Positions 1-13,010 of a stretch of DNA of 64,000 bases are shown here, one piece after another. The notes under the pieces were generated by a model. It had not been told where the DNA came from. It did not search any database and worked only from the letters and a program-made list of their open reading frames with translations. Source of the stretch: Octopus sinensis (lineage: Eukaryota); the NCBI RefSeq assembly GCF_006345805.1, contig NC_043004.1:76570001-76634000 (forward strand), given 5' to 3'. Made by a program: the position numbers and the translations under genes. The stretch's first letter is position 1, and each line of letters opens with the position of its first letter.

Positions 1-1409
1 ACATTTCTATTCGGCGAGCGAAGGCGCATTAGGCATGCTTGAATAGAGGCCATACTGTAGGATAATTGCAAGATGATATTGGAATAAGTTTGGGTAGATT
101 GCCAATATCTGATTGCGTTGAGGAAATGGCTTTGTGACTCGGGGCAAGTGATTTCATGATAAGGCCCCAGAGCAATTATTAGGAAGGACTGTTTAAATCT
201 ACGTCCAGTATGAAGCCTGTCTGATTGAAAAATTTGAGCATTGTTATTCCAAAAAGATTGCCTAATAACTGAAATTATTTCAGTGGCCTCTCTATCCGTT
301 ATGCATTCTGTTGTATAGTTGTGGCCATATAAAATACACGTGCCTGCACATAGATATTTATAACCTAATCTGTCTACGTCAATTCTTTCTTATTGTATAC
401 ATGGGAGCGGGGAAAGTTCTGCCGTGTCTCTTCAAACACATGCGTTTTCATTAGATTTGCATGGAGATGCAAGTGTAACCAGACGTTCACTTGTCTATCT
501 GCACTCTTTTCTTTCTTAGAATCCATTGGGGTTGGTAGGTGAATCATCGAATATCAATTTTCTCCTTTTTATTTGCCAACCCCTTCCAGGAAATTGTAAC
601 CTTGCTGTCATTTAACCTTTACGTAAATAACAAAGTTGGTGGTTAAACTTAAGAGGTCGGTTGCAGATATAAAATTCTTGAGGCGACGCTTTGATGGAAA
701 TGCAAACGGCTGTTACTTTGAAGTAACATTTCGTTATTGAAACTGCAGAGACTTGCAGTTCCGTGCAGGGAGAAGAGCATGACATTGTCCTAATTCTGCT
801 AATTATTGTGGAAGATTGTAATTATCCGAAACTGAACTGTGTAAAAGGGAAAACCAAATTATAATATCGTAGGAGTCTGTTGATGAATAATTATTTTTCT
901 TACGCTTTTATCAAAATACGAAACTTAAGTTCGAAAGTTTGTTGATGCGTCTATCATAAAATTGATCAATAAAGCTGCTTTTCAAACATCTTTATCATTC
1001 AGCGTCTACGAATTCTTTCTCAATCTGCTCCCCCAATTATCTTAAGGCTCTGTACAAAGAAATCTTACTTGCAATTGGTTAACAATTACGCTAATCAAAA
1101 TATTGTGATCCTGTTGTAGCTGAAATTCTATAGATAAAGATAGCCTTTCTGAAATCAAATTATTAATTTTCCCCCAAACTAATTAAGGTCTGATAAAATC
1201 CACTTAATTCTGTCATTGTACATATATAAGCTCTGAATCACATATCTTTCTAATTAACTATCATATGGAAGCTGATATAATTGAGTGAGCCAAAGAACTA
1301 CAGCAGTCACTGAACTATCTCGTGTAGAAAAGCAAATTTTCTGCGATTAGGAAAAAGAAAAAAGCCTTTGCTGCTTTTGGAACCGTTGAGACCAAAAGAC
1401 TAAAATCAT

Positions 1410-2206
1410 TCCTTTCTACTCGAGGCCTGAAATTCTTGGGGAGGGGACCAGTTGATTACATCAACCCCAGAAACTGGTACTTAATTTATCGACCCTGAAA
1501 GGATGAAAGACAAAGTTGACGTTAGAAGAATTTGAACTCAGAATGTGAAGTCAGACGAAATATCACTAAGCATTTTGCCTGGCGTACTAACGTTTCTTAT
1601 TTCTTTATGGCTCACAAGATGCTACACACAGAGGGGACAGACAAACAGATTAAGTCGATTATATCGACCCCAGTGCATAACTGGTACTTATTTAATCGAC
1701 CCCGAAAAGATAAAAGGCAAAGTCGACCTCAGTGGAATTTGAACTCAGATCATAGCGGCAGACGAAATACGGCTACGCATTTCAATCCTGGTTGCACCGT
1801 GTGTGTGTGTGTATTCTTTATTGTCCACAGGGGGCTAAATATAGAGGGGACAAACAAGGACAGATAAAGGGATTAAGTCGATTATATTGACCCCAGTGCG
1901 TAACTGGTACTTATTTAATCGACCTCAAAGGGAAGAAAGGCAAAGTCGACATCAGCGGAATTTGAACTCAGAACGTAGCAGCAGACGAAATACCTATTTC
2001 TGTACTACCCACAAGGGGCTAAACATAGAGGGGACAGATAAACGGATTAAGTTGATTAAATCGATCCCAGTGTGTAACTGGTACTTATTTAATTGACCCC
2101 GAAAGGATGAAAGGCAAAGTTAACCTCGGCAGAATTTGAACTCAGAACATAATGGCAGACGAAATACCACTAAGCATTTCACCCAGGGTGCTAACGATTC
2201 TGCCAG
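1410..2206 (-). mobile_element. Tandem array of about 4 units of tRNA-derived SINE family A
   Basis: Repeated core GAATTTGAACTCAGAAC...GGCAAAGTCGAC...ACTGGTACTT. On the minus strand the head has an A-box-like TGGCAGAATCGTTAG and a B-box-like GAGTTCAAATTC. Confidence 0.9.
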
Positions 2207-2223
2207 TGTGTATATATATATAT

Positions 2224-2420
2224 ATCATCGTCATCATCATCATCATCTAACATCCATTTTCCATGCTGGCATGGCTTGGACAGTTTGACAGAAGCTGACC
2301 AGCTGAAGGGCTGTTCAGACTCCCTGTCTGTTCTGGCATGGTTTCTACAGTTGGATGCCCTTCCTAATGCCAACCACCTTACAGAGTGTACTGGGTGCTT
2401 TTTACATGGCACCAGTACTT
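2224..2420 (-). mobile_element. RTE LINE 3'-end fragment with (GAT)n tail
   Basis: Matches the 3' end of the RTE LINE at 31927-32121 (GGAAGGGCATCC...GCATGGAAAA...TTA(A/G)A(C/T)GATGATG). Confidence 0.85.
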
Positions 2421-2603
2421 ACAAGCCCATAAGATTAAGGATGTTCAGCCGGAGGAAGCAACAAGGGACGAACCTGTATGCAAGGGCAACCACACTTTTA
2501 CTTAGCTTGATGTGTCTTTTCAAGTACAGCAAACTGCCACCAGGTGGAGTCTTAGTCCCCTGTCATCTCTTCTGTGAATCCCAACGTTTGTATATATGTA
2601 AAA

Positions 2604-2735
2604 GCGCATGGCCTAGTGGTTAGAGTCTTGCACTCACGATTGCTAGATCATGGGTTCAATTCCTGGACTGGATGGTGCATTGTGTTCTTGAGCAAAACTC
2701 TTAATTGCACCAGTCCACTCAGCTGTAAATGGGTA
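2604..2735 (+). mobile_element. tRNA-derived SINE family C (CORE-like)
   Basis: A-box TGGCCTAGTGG and B-box GGTTCAATTCC, followed by GTGTTCTTGAGCAAAAC. A related copy lies at 45358-45497. Confidence 0.7.
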
Positions 2736-3037
2736 TCCCTGCATTGGAATAGCCTTCCAATCAAAGCAGGGAGTGTTGGCCTGCTCGCCTAGCTAGCAAG
2801 ATGGCATTATTCAAAAGCTAAAAAGTCTGTCAAAGTTGACTTTGCCTTTCATCTTTTCAGGGTTGATGAATTAAGTACCAGTGAAACGCCAGGGTCGATG
2901 TAATCAACTAGTCCTCTCCCCTTAAATTTCAGGCCTTATGCTTTTAACAGAAAGGGTTTTTCAAAAGCTAAAACGATGCAAAGTGCATTGTGACCACATC
3001 CAGTAGACTGGTCAAGACTGTGATAATGCGATATATA

Positions 3038-3559
3038 CCGTAAATCCTCGAGTATAATCCACATTTTTTTCCCAAAATTTAAAGGTCAAAATCCCTAGTG
3101 CGTACTATATACATGGTTAAAAATGAAACATATTTTCTAAGCAATGTCCGAGTCTCTATTTGCTGTCCGGCAATGTTTATTCAGACCCATTTTGTGATGT
3201 CGAGCATGAAAATACTTTAAGCTAAGCCTGAAAGCAATGAAGTCATAAAGAAATCATCCAAAACTTGCAGTAAGCAACATTTATTAAAATAAAAGTATTC
3301 AGAACACAGAATAACATGTAACAAAAACAATTTGAAAACATATTTACATTCCCATATAACAGTTAAGAACATCACCATTATTGTATTACGCATGCGTGGA
3401 AGTGTTTGTTCAACTAGGTGCTGCTGGCTTAATTACGCACGACTCAAGTGAGAGAAGGGGTGTGTATTATACGCAAGGTTTAGGTTTTTCAGAAGTACAG
3501 TCCCCTAAAAATCCCCTGCGTATTATACTCAAGGGCGGACTATACTCGAGGATTTACAG
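3038..3559. mobile_element. pogo/Tigger-like MITE (Tc1/mariner superfamily, non-autonomous)
   Basis: Terminal inverted repeats CCGTAAATCCTCGAGTATAATCC and GGACTATACTCGAGGATTTACAG (2 mismatches), TA on both sides (3036-37, 3560-61), no ORF. Confidence 0.9.
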
Positions 3560-3640
3560 TATATATAAAAGTTCTGAGTCAAATACCTTTCTAATTAATT
3601 GCGTCACATGGAAGCCAATATTGAGTGAATCAAAGACATT

Positions 3641-4041
3641 GCTGTGGGATGAGAAGCTTGCTTCCCAACCACATGGTTCCAGGTTCAGTCCTATAGCCTT
3701 GGGCTGGCCAAAGCCTTGTGAGTGGACTTGGTAGATAGCAGCCCATTGTATATTTATGTATGTGTGTGTTTGTGTCTGTGTTTATTCCCCCCCCCACCAC
3801 CACCACCACTTAACCAATGTTGATGTGCTTACATATCTGTAACCTAGTAGTTCAGCAAAAGAAACTGATAGAATAAGTGCCAGTCTTGAATAAAAGTACT
3901 GAGGTCAATTCATTTGACTAAAATTCCTCAAGGTGATGCCCCAGCATGGCCACAGTCTAGCGACTAAAATGAATAAAAGATACGGGTGCAGGCATGACTG
4001 TGTCGTAAGTAGCTTGCTGAAAGAAGCCTGTCGTATGCATG

Positions 4042-4072
<31 letters not shown>

Positions 4073-4093
4073 GTGTATGTATGTATATATATA

Positions 4094-4128
<35 letters not shown>

Positions 4129-4354
4129 CATGTATGTATGCGTGTGTATGTTTGTGTATCTGTGTTTGTCCTCCCAACATCGCCTGACAACCGATGTTGG
4201 TGTGTTTATGTCTCTGTAACATAGCAGTTTGGCAAAAGAGACTGATAGAATAAGTACTAGGCTTACAAAGAATAGGTCCTGGGGTCAATTTGTTTGACTG
4301 GAAGTGGTGCTCCAGCATGGATGCAGTCAAATGACTGACACAACTAGAAGAATA
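3641..4354 (+). mobile_element. Two tandem copies of SINE family B (tRNA head, CORE-like box, internal TA/TG microsatellite)
   Basis: Head GCTGTG..GTAAG..AGCTTGCT..CCAACCACATGGTTCC, internal microsatellite, tail GCTCCAGCATGG..GCAGTCAAATGACTGA. Second copy starts near 3985. Confidence 0.85.
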
Positions 4355-4570
4355 ATCTTTTCTACTCTAGGCACAAGGCTCGAAAATTTTGGGGACGGTG
4401 GGGGGCAGTCGATTAGATTGAACCAAGTATGCAAGTGGTTCTTAATTTATTGACCCTGAAAGGATGAAAGGCAAAGTCGACCTTGGTGGAATTTGAACTC
4501 AGAACGTAAAGACAAATGAAATACACCGCTAAGCATTTCAGCCAGCGTGCTAACGTTTCTGCCAGCTGGC
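4355..4570 (-). mobile_element. SINE family A, full monomer
   Basis: Head, core and TCTACTCTAGGCACAAGG tail all present. Confidence 0.85.
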
Positions 4571-4964
4571 CATAAAAGAATAAAGGAATATATATACAGA
4601 CATAACTAGATGCTCACCCATGGAGAGAGAGAGAGAGAGAGAGAGAAAAGAAGAGAGAGAGATTGAAAGGAAGAGAGAGAGAGAAAGAGAGAAACAGTAA
4701 AATGTCTGATGTCAAAAAAGTCAGCATCGAATCAGTGACGGCAATTAGGTGGCACCAAAATGGTTGTGTCCAAACGTCTGCAACACCATTGTACTCCAAG
4801 ATGAACATAGGGATGAATTTGACCCAGAGAACCATTGCAATGCAAAGAAGAGACAGTTTCTAACAACAAACATCAATATGTTTTAAATATGCAGTCGTTT
4901 GTGATGAACTAATTAGCTTTTCTTACTCTAATGAGGTTTTATGCAATTTACTGATTTAGACTGT

Positions 4965-5233
4965 AATCATCAGCCTCCTCCTCCTCCTCCTTCTCCTCAT
5001 TGTCATCACCACCACCACCACCACCAACACTACATCCACCACTATCATGCTCGTCACCATCACTGCCATCATCCCCATGGTCATCATTGTCAACCTCCTC
5101 CTCTTCCTCATCATCATCATCACCGCTACCATCATCTAAAACACCATTGTCATTGTCACCATCATCACTGTCACTGCCGTCATCATCATCATCATCATTG
5201 CCGTCATCGTTGTCATGATCATTGCATCATCAC

Positions 5234-5269
<36 letters not shown>

Positions 5270-5475
5270 TGTCATCATCATCATCGTTATTGTTGTCATC
5301 ATCACCATCACCATCATCATCACCATCCTCATCATCATCGTTGTCATCCTCTTCCTCCTCCTCATCATCATCATCGTTGTCATCATCCTCAACATCATTA
5401 TCATCACCGTCATCATTGTCATCATCATCATCATCATCATCATCATAATCCTCCTCATCAACATCATCATCATCA
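4965..5475. repeat. Degenerate (CAT/CAC/CCT)n trinucleotide array
   Basis: Direct reading; explains the poly-H/S/I/M ORFs. Confidence 0.95.
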
Positions 5476-5744
5476 TTGCGGAAAACCTTGCAGAGTTCTC
5501 AAGAATAACATCACTGCACTTTGTATGATGGGGTTCTACAGACATGGAAATGCTGATTTTGTGGCAATCATGCTTCTCCCCTCATAATTAGTACACAACA
5601 CGAAGCATATTCCTGTTGTATTTTCTAGTTTTTCTTTGTTTTTCTTTTCTTCACCACAAATAGAAAACTTAGCATTTAAAAGCAAAGCCTGAGGCTGTCT
5701 ACTGCGCAGAATTTCCGCGTTTCTTTGGTAGACATGCATGCATA

Positions 5745-5960
5745 CATACATATACACGTATGCATACTTACATATACATCATATACATATACACATAAGC
5801 ATTTATAAGAGCATATACATATGTGTGTGTGTGTGTCTTTGTATGTGTGTGTGTATGTATATATATATATATATATTATATATATATATTCATATATATA
5901 TGTTTGTATGCATATAAATGTATGCATATGTATACATACATATGTAGACATATATATATC

Positions 5961-6013
<53 letters not shown>

Positions 6014-6285
6014 GTGTGTGTGTGTATATATATACACATAAATACACATGTACACATGCATATATGTATATGTGTGTGACTATACATACATACATATATA
6101 TATACTCACACACGTATATGTATGTGTGTATATATATATGCTATATATATATATATAAACATACTTACATACTTATATATACATATATATGTATACATAT
6201 ATGTATGTATGTATATATAAAAAACATACGTATATACATATTTTATATCTAATATACATATAATGTAGTGTAATATATATGTGTA

Positions 6286-6347
<62 letters not shown>

Positions 6348-6370
6348 CACACACACACACAAACACACAC
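5745..6370. repeat. Compound (TA)n/(TG)n/(TACA)n microsatellite
   Basis: Direct reading. Confidence 0.95.
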
Positions 6371-6842
6371 GCATATCAGACAATCAGCCAATTCCCAAGA
6401 TGGAAACTTCTCAAGATTTTTCTCATCAGCTAAAAAAAAAATCCTTCCTTTCTTGAAATGCTGACATTATTATGGTTTCCATCTGCAGTTGTTGTTGTTG
6501 CTGCTGCTGCTGCTGTTGTTGTTTTTCTTCCTCATCTTTATAATCAACAAAGTTGAAAGAAAAACCATTGCAGACATTAAGCATTCATTATATTGGAGTT
6601 CTTCCTGATTTTGTCTTCTGTTTTTTTTTTTGTATTTTTTGTTTGTTTTTGTTGTGTTGTTGCATGGGTTTTATTGTTTTACAGCAGAAAAATCTCGGCA
6701 AATAAACGAAGAGAAGATGATCCAAAAATATGATAAAAAGCCTTGGGACATTTCGGTTTGGCTTTGATGTGGAACTGATGTTTGCGAGGCAGTAGAAGTT
6801 CAATTGCTTAGCATTTGTAAACGTTGCATACAGGCATACAAC

Positions 6843-7027
6843 ATGTGTGTGTGTGTGTGTGTACATGTGTGTGTGTGTGTGTTTGTGAGAGAGTGTGGGA
6901 GAGAAAGAAACAATGTGTGTGTGTGCATGTGTATTTGTGTAAGTGTGTGTGTGTGTGTGTGTGTGTGTGAGACAGAGAGAGAAACAAAGAATATGTTTGT
7001 GTATATGCATTCATGTGTATATGTAGG

Positions 7028-7059
<32 letters not shown>

Positions 7060-7086
7060 AATATATATATGTATACATGTATATAT

Positions 7087-7150
<64 letters not shown>

Positions 7151-8220
7151 ACATATACATACATATATATGTGTGTGTGTATATATATATATTCATGTAT
7201 GTATGTGTGCTTGCCTGTATGCATGCATGCATATATATGTGTATTTATATATGCGTGTATGTATGTATGATTGTACAGTGGAGAGAGTGGTGTGTGTATA
7301 TATGAGATAGAGAAAATGAATGTGTGTTGTGTGCAAAGAATGTGTGTATGTATGCATGTGTGTATGTCTGTGTATTTATGTATGAGAGTGAGTGTGAGTG
7401 AGAGAAAGAGAAAAGGAGAGCTAATGTGAGACTGCACATAATTGCAGAAGATAATGCATGTGCATGTGTATCTATGTGTGTCTGTATAATGCACATGTGT
7501 ATATGTATGCACGTATGCATATATGTATGTATGCATATATGTATGCACGTATGTGTGTGTGTATTTGTGTGTGTGTGTGTTTGTGTGTACATGTGTGTGT
7601 GTGTGTACATGTGTGTGTGTGTGTGTGTGTTTGTGTGTGTGTATAATGCACATGTGTATATGTATGCACGTATGCATATATGTATGTATGCATATATGTA
7701 TGCACGTATGTGTGTGTGTATATTTGTGTGTGTGTATGTTTGTGTGTAAATGTTTGTGTATACATGTGTGTATGTTTGTGTGTGTTTGTGTGTGTGTATA
7801 ATGCACATGTGTATATGTATGCACGTATGTATGTATGTATGCATATATGTATGTACGTATGTGTGTTTGTATGTGTGTGTGTATGTTTGTGTGTAAATGT
7901 TTGTGTATACATGTGTGTATGTCTGTGTATACATGTGTGTATGTTTGTGTGTGTTTGTGTGTGTGTATGCGTATGTTTGTGTGCGTATGTTTCTGTATGC
8001 ATGTGTGTTTATGTGTGTATATATATGCGTGTATTTGCATGTATGCGTTTGTGTGTGTGCTTGTGTGTGTATGTTTGTGTAGATATGTGTGTATGTTTAT
8101 GTGTGATTGTGTGTTTGTTTGTGCGTGTGTATTTGTGTGTGATTATGCTTGTGTGTATGTGTATATATTTGTACGTGTGTGTCTATGTATGTCTGTGTGT
8201 GTAGGTTTGTGTGTTTGTGT
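6843..8220. repeat. Compound TG/TA microsatellite with about 155-bp higher-order repeat
   Basis: GTATAATGCACATGTGTATATGTATGCACGTATG recurs near 7484, 7641 and 7796. Confidence 0.9.
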
Positions 8221-8629
8221 TCATTTTCGCTATGAATATACTGGAAAAACTAGGCTAAATCTATAACGTGGCCATTTGCATCCCTAACATCACAACAAAC
8301 ACATCAATAAACTGCTATATTATTTCAAGCTTGAGTGAATTCGATTTCCGGTGTAAAAAACAGACAAGATGGACTCATAATTATCTGCTGAGTCTATCTA
8401 TCTCCTCCTGCAAAGTAGGCCCCTTTATCAGCCTTAAAATCCAATTAATTTCCAATACAATCAAACGAACCTCTTCCTGTAGAAGGCAACAGACAGGGAC
8501 TTCTCCAAGTCAGACAGGTCCTTCATGGCTCCGAGTATCACAATATTTATTAAAAGAGATTTTGGTGGGTTTCTTTGTGTTTTCGGTTGGATTTGGTTTT
8601 GATTATACTATAGTTAACCGCAAGCACTA

Positions 8630-9400
8630 CATAACTACAACCACAACCGCAACTGCAACTGCAACTGCCACTGACATGACTACCTCCATGACCTCCTGAA
8701 GCACTACAATCACCACCACCACCACCACAACCACCACCAACAGAAGCACCACTATCAACAACACTACCACCACCAACACCACTGCCAAAAACAACAATAA
8801 CACCACTACTACCACCACTATCATCACCAACAGAAGCACCATCATCAACAACACTACCACCACCACCACTGCCAACAACAACAAGAGTACCATGACCACC
8901 ATGACTCCTGGAAGCACCATGACCATTGTCACAGTCACCACTGCCACCACCACCACGATCTCAATCAGGAAAATCACATCACCATCAGCATCATCATCAC
9001 TGCTATCACACCCCCCACTGCCACTACCACCTGTACCGCCACTCCCACCACTGATACCACCCATCCTCATTACAATCCTCTTCCTCTCCTGTCACTTCAT
9101 CCTTTACCTTCTCATCAATATTTCACCAGGGTTCACTCAATGATTGCAGTGAAAGGAAAATTATCTGATATATAAGGATAATGGAAACTTCATCCTCATC
9201 ATCATCATCATCATGATCGTCATCTTTATCATCATCATCATCTTTATCATCATCATTATCATCATTATTATCATTATCATCATTGTCTTCGTCATTGCCA
9301 TCATCATCATCATCATCTGTATCATCATCAGTGTCATCATCATTATTTGTCGTTGTAATCATCACCATCATTGTCATCATCATTATTGTTGTTGTTATTA
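8630..9400. repeat. (CAC/CAA)n then (CAT)n degenerate trinucleotide arrays
   Basis: Direct reading. Confidence 0.9.
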
Positions 9401-9563
9401 TTAACTGCCTCCTTTGTTCTGTTTTCTTACTGTGATGTTTCTTTGCTGAAATTCCTCACTGCAAGTTTAATATCAATTTTACTTAACACTTAATTAGGAT
9501 TTTACATATATTTCGATACATGCATAGTCCTGATTTACAAATATATATATATACATATATATA

Positions 9564-9602
<39 letters not shown>

Positions 9603-9666
9603 ATATATATTATATATATATATATATAATACATACATACATATATATAGACATATATATATACAT

Positions 9667-9722
<56 letters not shown>

Positions 9723-9751
9723 TTTATATATATATATATATATACCATCAT

Positions 9752-9935
9752 CAGGTGGCACGTAAAAGCACCCACTACACTCACGGAGTGGTTGGTGTGT
9801 TGGAAGGGCATCCAGCTGTAGAAACACTGCCACATCAGACTGGAGACTGGTGCAGCCTCCTGGCTTCCAGACCTCGGTCCCAACCATCCAACCATGCTAG
9901 CATGGAAAACGGACGGTAAATGATAGTGATGATGA
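9752..9935 (+). mobile_element. RTE LINE 3'-end fragment
   Basis: CAGGTGGCACGTAAAAGCACCC...GCATGGAAAACGGACG..AAATGAT, matching 31927-32121. Confidence 0.9.
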
Positions 9936-10089
9936 TATATAATATGTATGTATATATTTATATACATATATTCTCGAATTTGATGGACATATAGTGGTAT
10001 GTAAGCTGAGTCAAGTAATCTTGAGTGAGACTTTTAATTGATGTACTTAGAGAGACCCAGAATGACTGGTCGAAACATGTGTTTTGATA

Positions 10090-10140
<51 letters not shown>

Positions 10141-10329
10141 TATATATATTATATATATATATCTATATATATATATATATAGTACAAACAATTAAGATTC
10201 AAGTGAGTTCTGTTGAACTCACATGAATGAGGTACTTAACTTAGATGCACCAGAAATCTATATGGTATTAACCATAAGATAATGCGGGGTGATTATAAAC
10301 AAGAAAAAAGCAACAAAAATGGATCAGTA

Positions 10330-10419
10330 TTTCTGTACAATTGTTTCATACGAAGACCAGCTTTATTAAGGTTGCAAATATTGCAGCAAATACAAGTGAC
10401 CCGTTCTCATCAGCCAAAA
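10330..10419 (-). ncRNA. Type I hammerhead ribozyme motif, intact catalytic core
   Basis: Minus strand: TTTTGG-CTGATGA-(stem II GAACGGG...TTCGTAT with internal hairpin)-GAA-ACAATTGT-A-CAGAAA. GUA cleavage triplet; one mismatch each in stems I and II. Confidence 0.7.
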
Positions 10420-10850
10420 ACACATCTGAGTTCTCCAAACATCTAAGGGGGTGAGGCTACACTCATGAAACATCAGGGATAGTTCTATAAAAATCAGATT
10501 TAGATAATAAACTGACTTCTAAAGTGTAACCAGTATATCATCATACATCAGGAAACTATACCCACTTTATTATGGACTAATTATGGATAAATTCATCGTC
10601 TGTGAGTATGAAATCTCTCCTCATATCTCCAGAAATCAAACCTACTTCATTATGGATGGATTTACATTTTCATTTTCTGTGAAACTAACAGGCTTTTTAA
10701 AATACTTTTTTAAGACCTCTTATATGACTGTGCAACATTAGAGAACTTTGGAAGTCCGTTTATTATCTAAATCTGATTTTTATAGAACTATCCCTGATGT
10801 TTCATGAGTGTAGCCTCACCCCCTTAGATGTTTGGAGAACTCAGATGTGT

Positions 10851-10940
10851 TTTTGGCTGATGAGTACGGGTCACTTGTATTTGCTGCAATATTTGCAGCC
10901 TTAATAAAGCTGGTCTTCGTATAAAACAATTGTACCGAAA
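10851..10940 (+). ncRNA. Type I hammerhead ribozyme motif with G12A core mutation
   Basis: TTTTGG(10851-56) CTGATGA(10857-63) GTACGGG...TTCGTAT AAA(should be GAA) ACAATTGT A CCGAAA(10935-40). Stems I and II pair. Confidence 0.65.
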
Positions 10941-10968
10941 TACTGATCCATTTTTGTTGCCTTTTTCT

Positions 10969-11016
<48 letters not shown>

Positions 11017-11234
11017 AATAGTTTAGAAGAAGAGACTTGATTTTGTTTATTTTTGTATTTTTGGGTGAGGTTCCAGGACAATGGAGATAGATAGAGAGAG
11101 AGAGAGAGAGAGAAAAAGAGAGAGAGAGGGGGAGAGATTTTGTTTCATATATATTTATATCTCTGGCTCACCAGTCCTCAGTTAAACCGTCCAATCCATG
11201 CCAGCATGGAAAGCAGACATTAAATGACAACAAC

Positions 11235-11276
<42 letters not shown>

Positions 11277-11309
11277 AATGATGATGATGATAATGATGAT
11301 ATATACTAT

Positions 11310-11419
11310 ATTTATTTATATATATGTTGCTATATATATATAATATTATATATAATATATATATATAATACCCTTCATTATTTATGTATGTATATATACA
11401 AATATATATGTATTGTATG

Positions 11420-11450
<31 letters not shown>

Positions 11451-11680
11451 GTTATACATACATATCATAGTACATATGTGTGTGATATGTAAATATCCTT
11501 ATTGTATACATTTATGTGTATGTGTGTGTGTGTGTGCGTGTGTGTGTGCATGTGCATGGTGTGATAATATATTATGGAATTGGCAGACGAAAACTATGCA
11601 CAAGTGCATACCTATTATATATCTATATATATATAGATATATATAATATATATATATATATATTATACATACATATATAT

Positions 11681-11763
<83 letters not shown>

Positions 11764-11820
11764 TACATATATATATATTGTTATATATATGTATGTATGT
11801 ATGTATATATATATATAGGT
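11310..11820. repeat. (TA)n-dominated microsatellite
   Basis: Direct reading. Confidence 0.95.
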
Positions 11821-12075
11821 ATGCACGTGTGCATAGTTTTCGTCTGCCAAATTCCATAATTCCCAAGAGTTTGCTTCACCTGATGCCTTGGTTGAAGTCA
11901 CTTGCCTTAGGTGTCACATTGAGAAATTGAACCTTGAACCAGGTGGTTGGGAAGCAAACTTCTTTCAACACACATCCATGCATCTGTTCCAGTTTGTGGG
12001 AAAATATTTTGATTGTTTTTTTTTTTTGGTCATCCAGTACAAAACCTTGATCTTACCATTATAGGTCATGCTGCT

Positions 12076-12106
<31 letters not shown>

Positions 12107-12289
12107 CCGATGATAATAATGAAGAGGGTGGTGGTGGTGGTGAGATGGGGGGATTAATTTCCATTTATAATATAAAGCTTATCTTGTTGTGTAACCACCT
12201 GCTCCAATAATTTTTACAACTGAGTGGGTTTTTTTCTCGTTTTTCCCCAATTTCAGGTGCTCTGGAACAAAACAAAACCAAATATATCC

Positions 12290-12735
12290 ACTCACCTATC
12301 CACCCATCCAATAATCCATCCACCCATCCAACCACCTACCCATCCACCCACCTACCCATCCACCCATCCATCCGCTCATCCACCCACCCATCCATCCATC
12401 CACCCATCCAACCACCCACCCATCCATCCACCCATCCGCTCATCCATCCAACCATCCAACCACCCACTCATCCACCCACCCATCCGCTCATCCATCCACC
12501 CATCCATCCTTTCATCCACCTATCCCTCATTCGTCCATCCATCCACCCATCTATCCACCCATCCATCCACTCATTCAACCACCCACCTACCTATCCATCT
12601 ACCCCATCCATCCACTCACCTATCAACCCATCCAACCTATCCACCCATCCATCCACCCATTCATCCACCTACCCATCTACCCACCCATCAACCCACCTAG
12701 CCATCCACCCATCCACCCACCTAGCTATCCATCCA
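12290..12735. repeat. Degenerate (CCAT/CCAC)n tetranucleotide array
   Basis: Direct reading. Confidence 0.95.
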
Positions 12736-12789
12736 TCCGTCTGTCCATGTGTCCATCTTCTCAGCCTACCATTTCTGGGAGAGTCATGG

Positions 12790-13010
12790 GTGTAGAGTCT
12801 TTGGGCACCTCCTCCATAGGATCCTAGCAGAAGCCGCTGTCATTACACTTTCTGGTTGGAATCCTCACCCACTCAAGCATGACCGACTGAAAACTTTGCA
12901 ATTTCATCCAACCATCTGATTCTTAGGCTTCCTGCTGGTTAGCTCAGCTTGAAGAATCCATCTTGTGATTCTTTTCTTGTAACATTCTAAGCACACACCT
13001 CCGGTGACAC
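12790..13010 (-). mobile_element. Old RTE-type LINE C-terminal remnant
   Basis: Frameshifted minus-strand translation KRITRWILQAEL...RKP/RIRWLDEIAKF resembles the RTE RGRP..RW.D motif. Confidence 0.45.

Larger units (their letters stand above)
10299..10971. mobile_element. Foldback element with 227-bp inverted arms, each containing a hammerhead motif (probable Penelope-like inverted terminal repeats)
   Basis: Arms 10299-10525 and 10745-10971 are reverse complements with about 7 substitutions. Spacer is 219 bp. (TA)n follows the right arm. Confidence 0.8.

Noticed and set aside
6480-6800. PolyQ-like stretch on the minus strand and an acceptor-like site at about 6686
   Set aside because: Short frames ending in stops; consistent with a CAG/CAA microsatellite and poly-T tract.
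8268-8620. Unique 143-aa ORF and an antisense ATG-initiated MKDLSDLEKSLSVAFYRKR
   Set aside because: No recognisable motif, weak donor site, no supporting exons.
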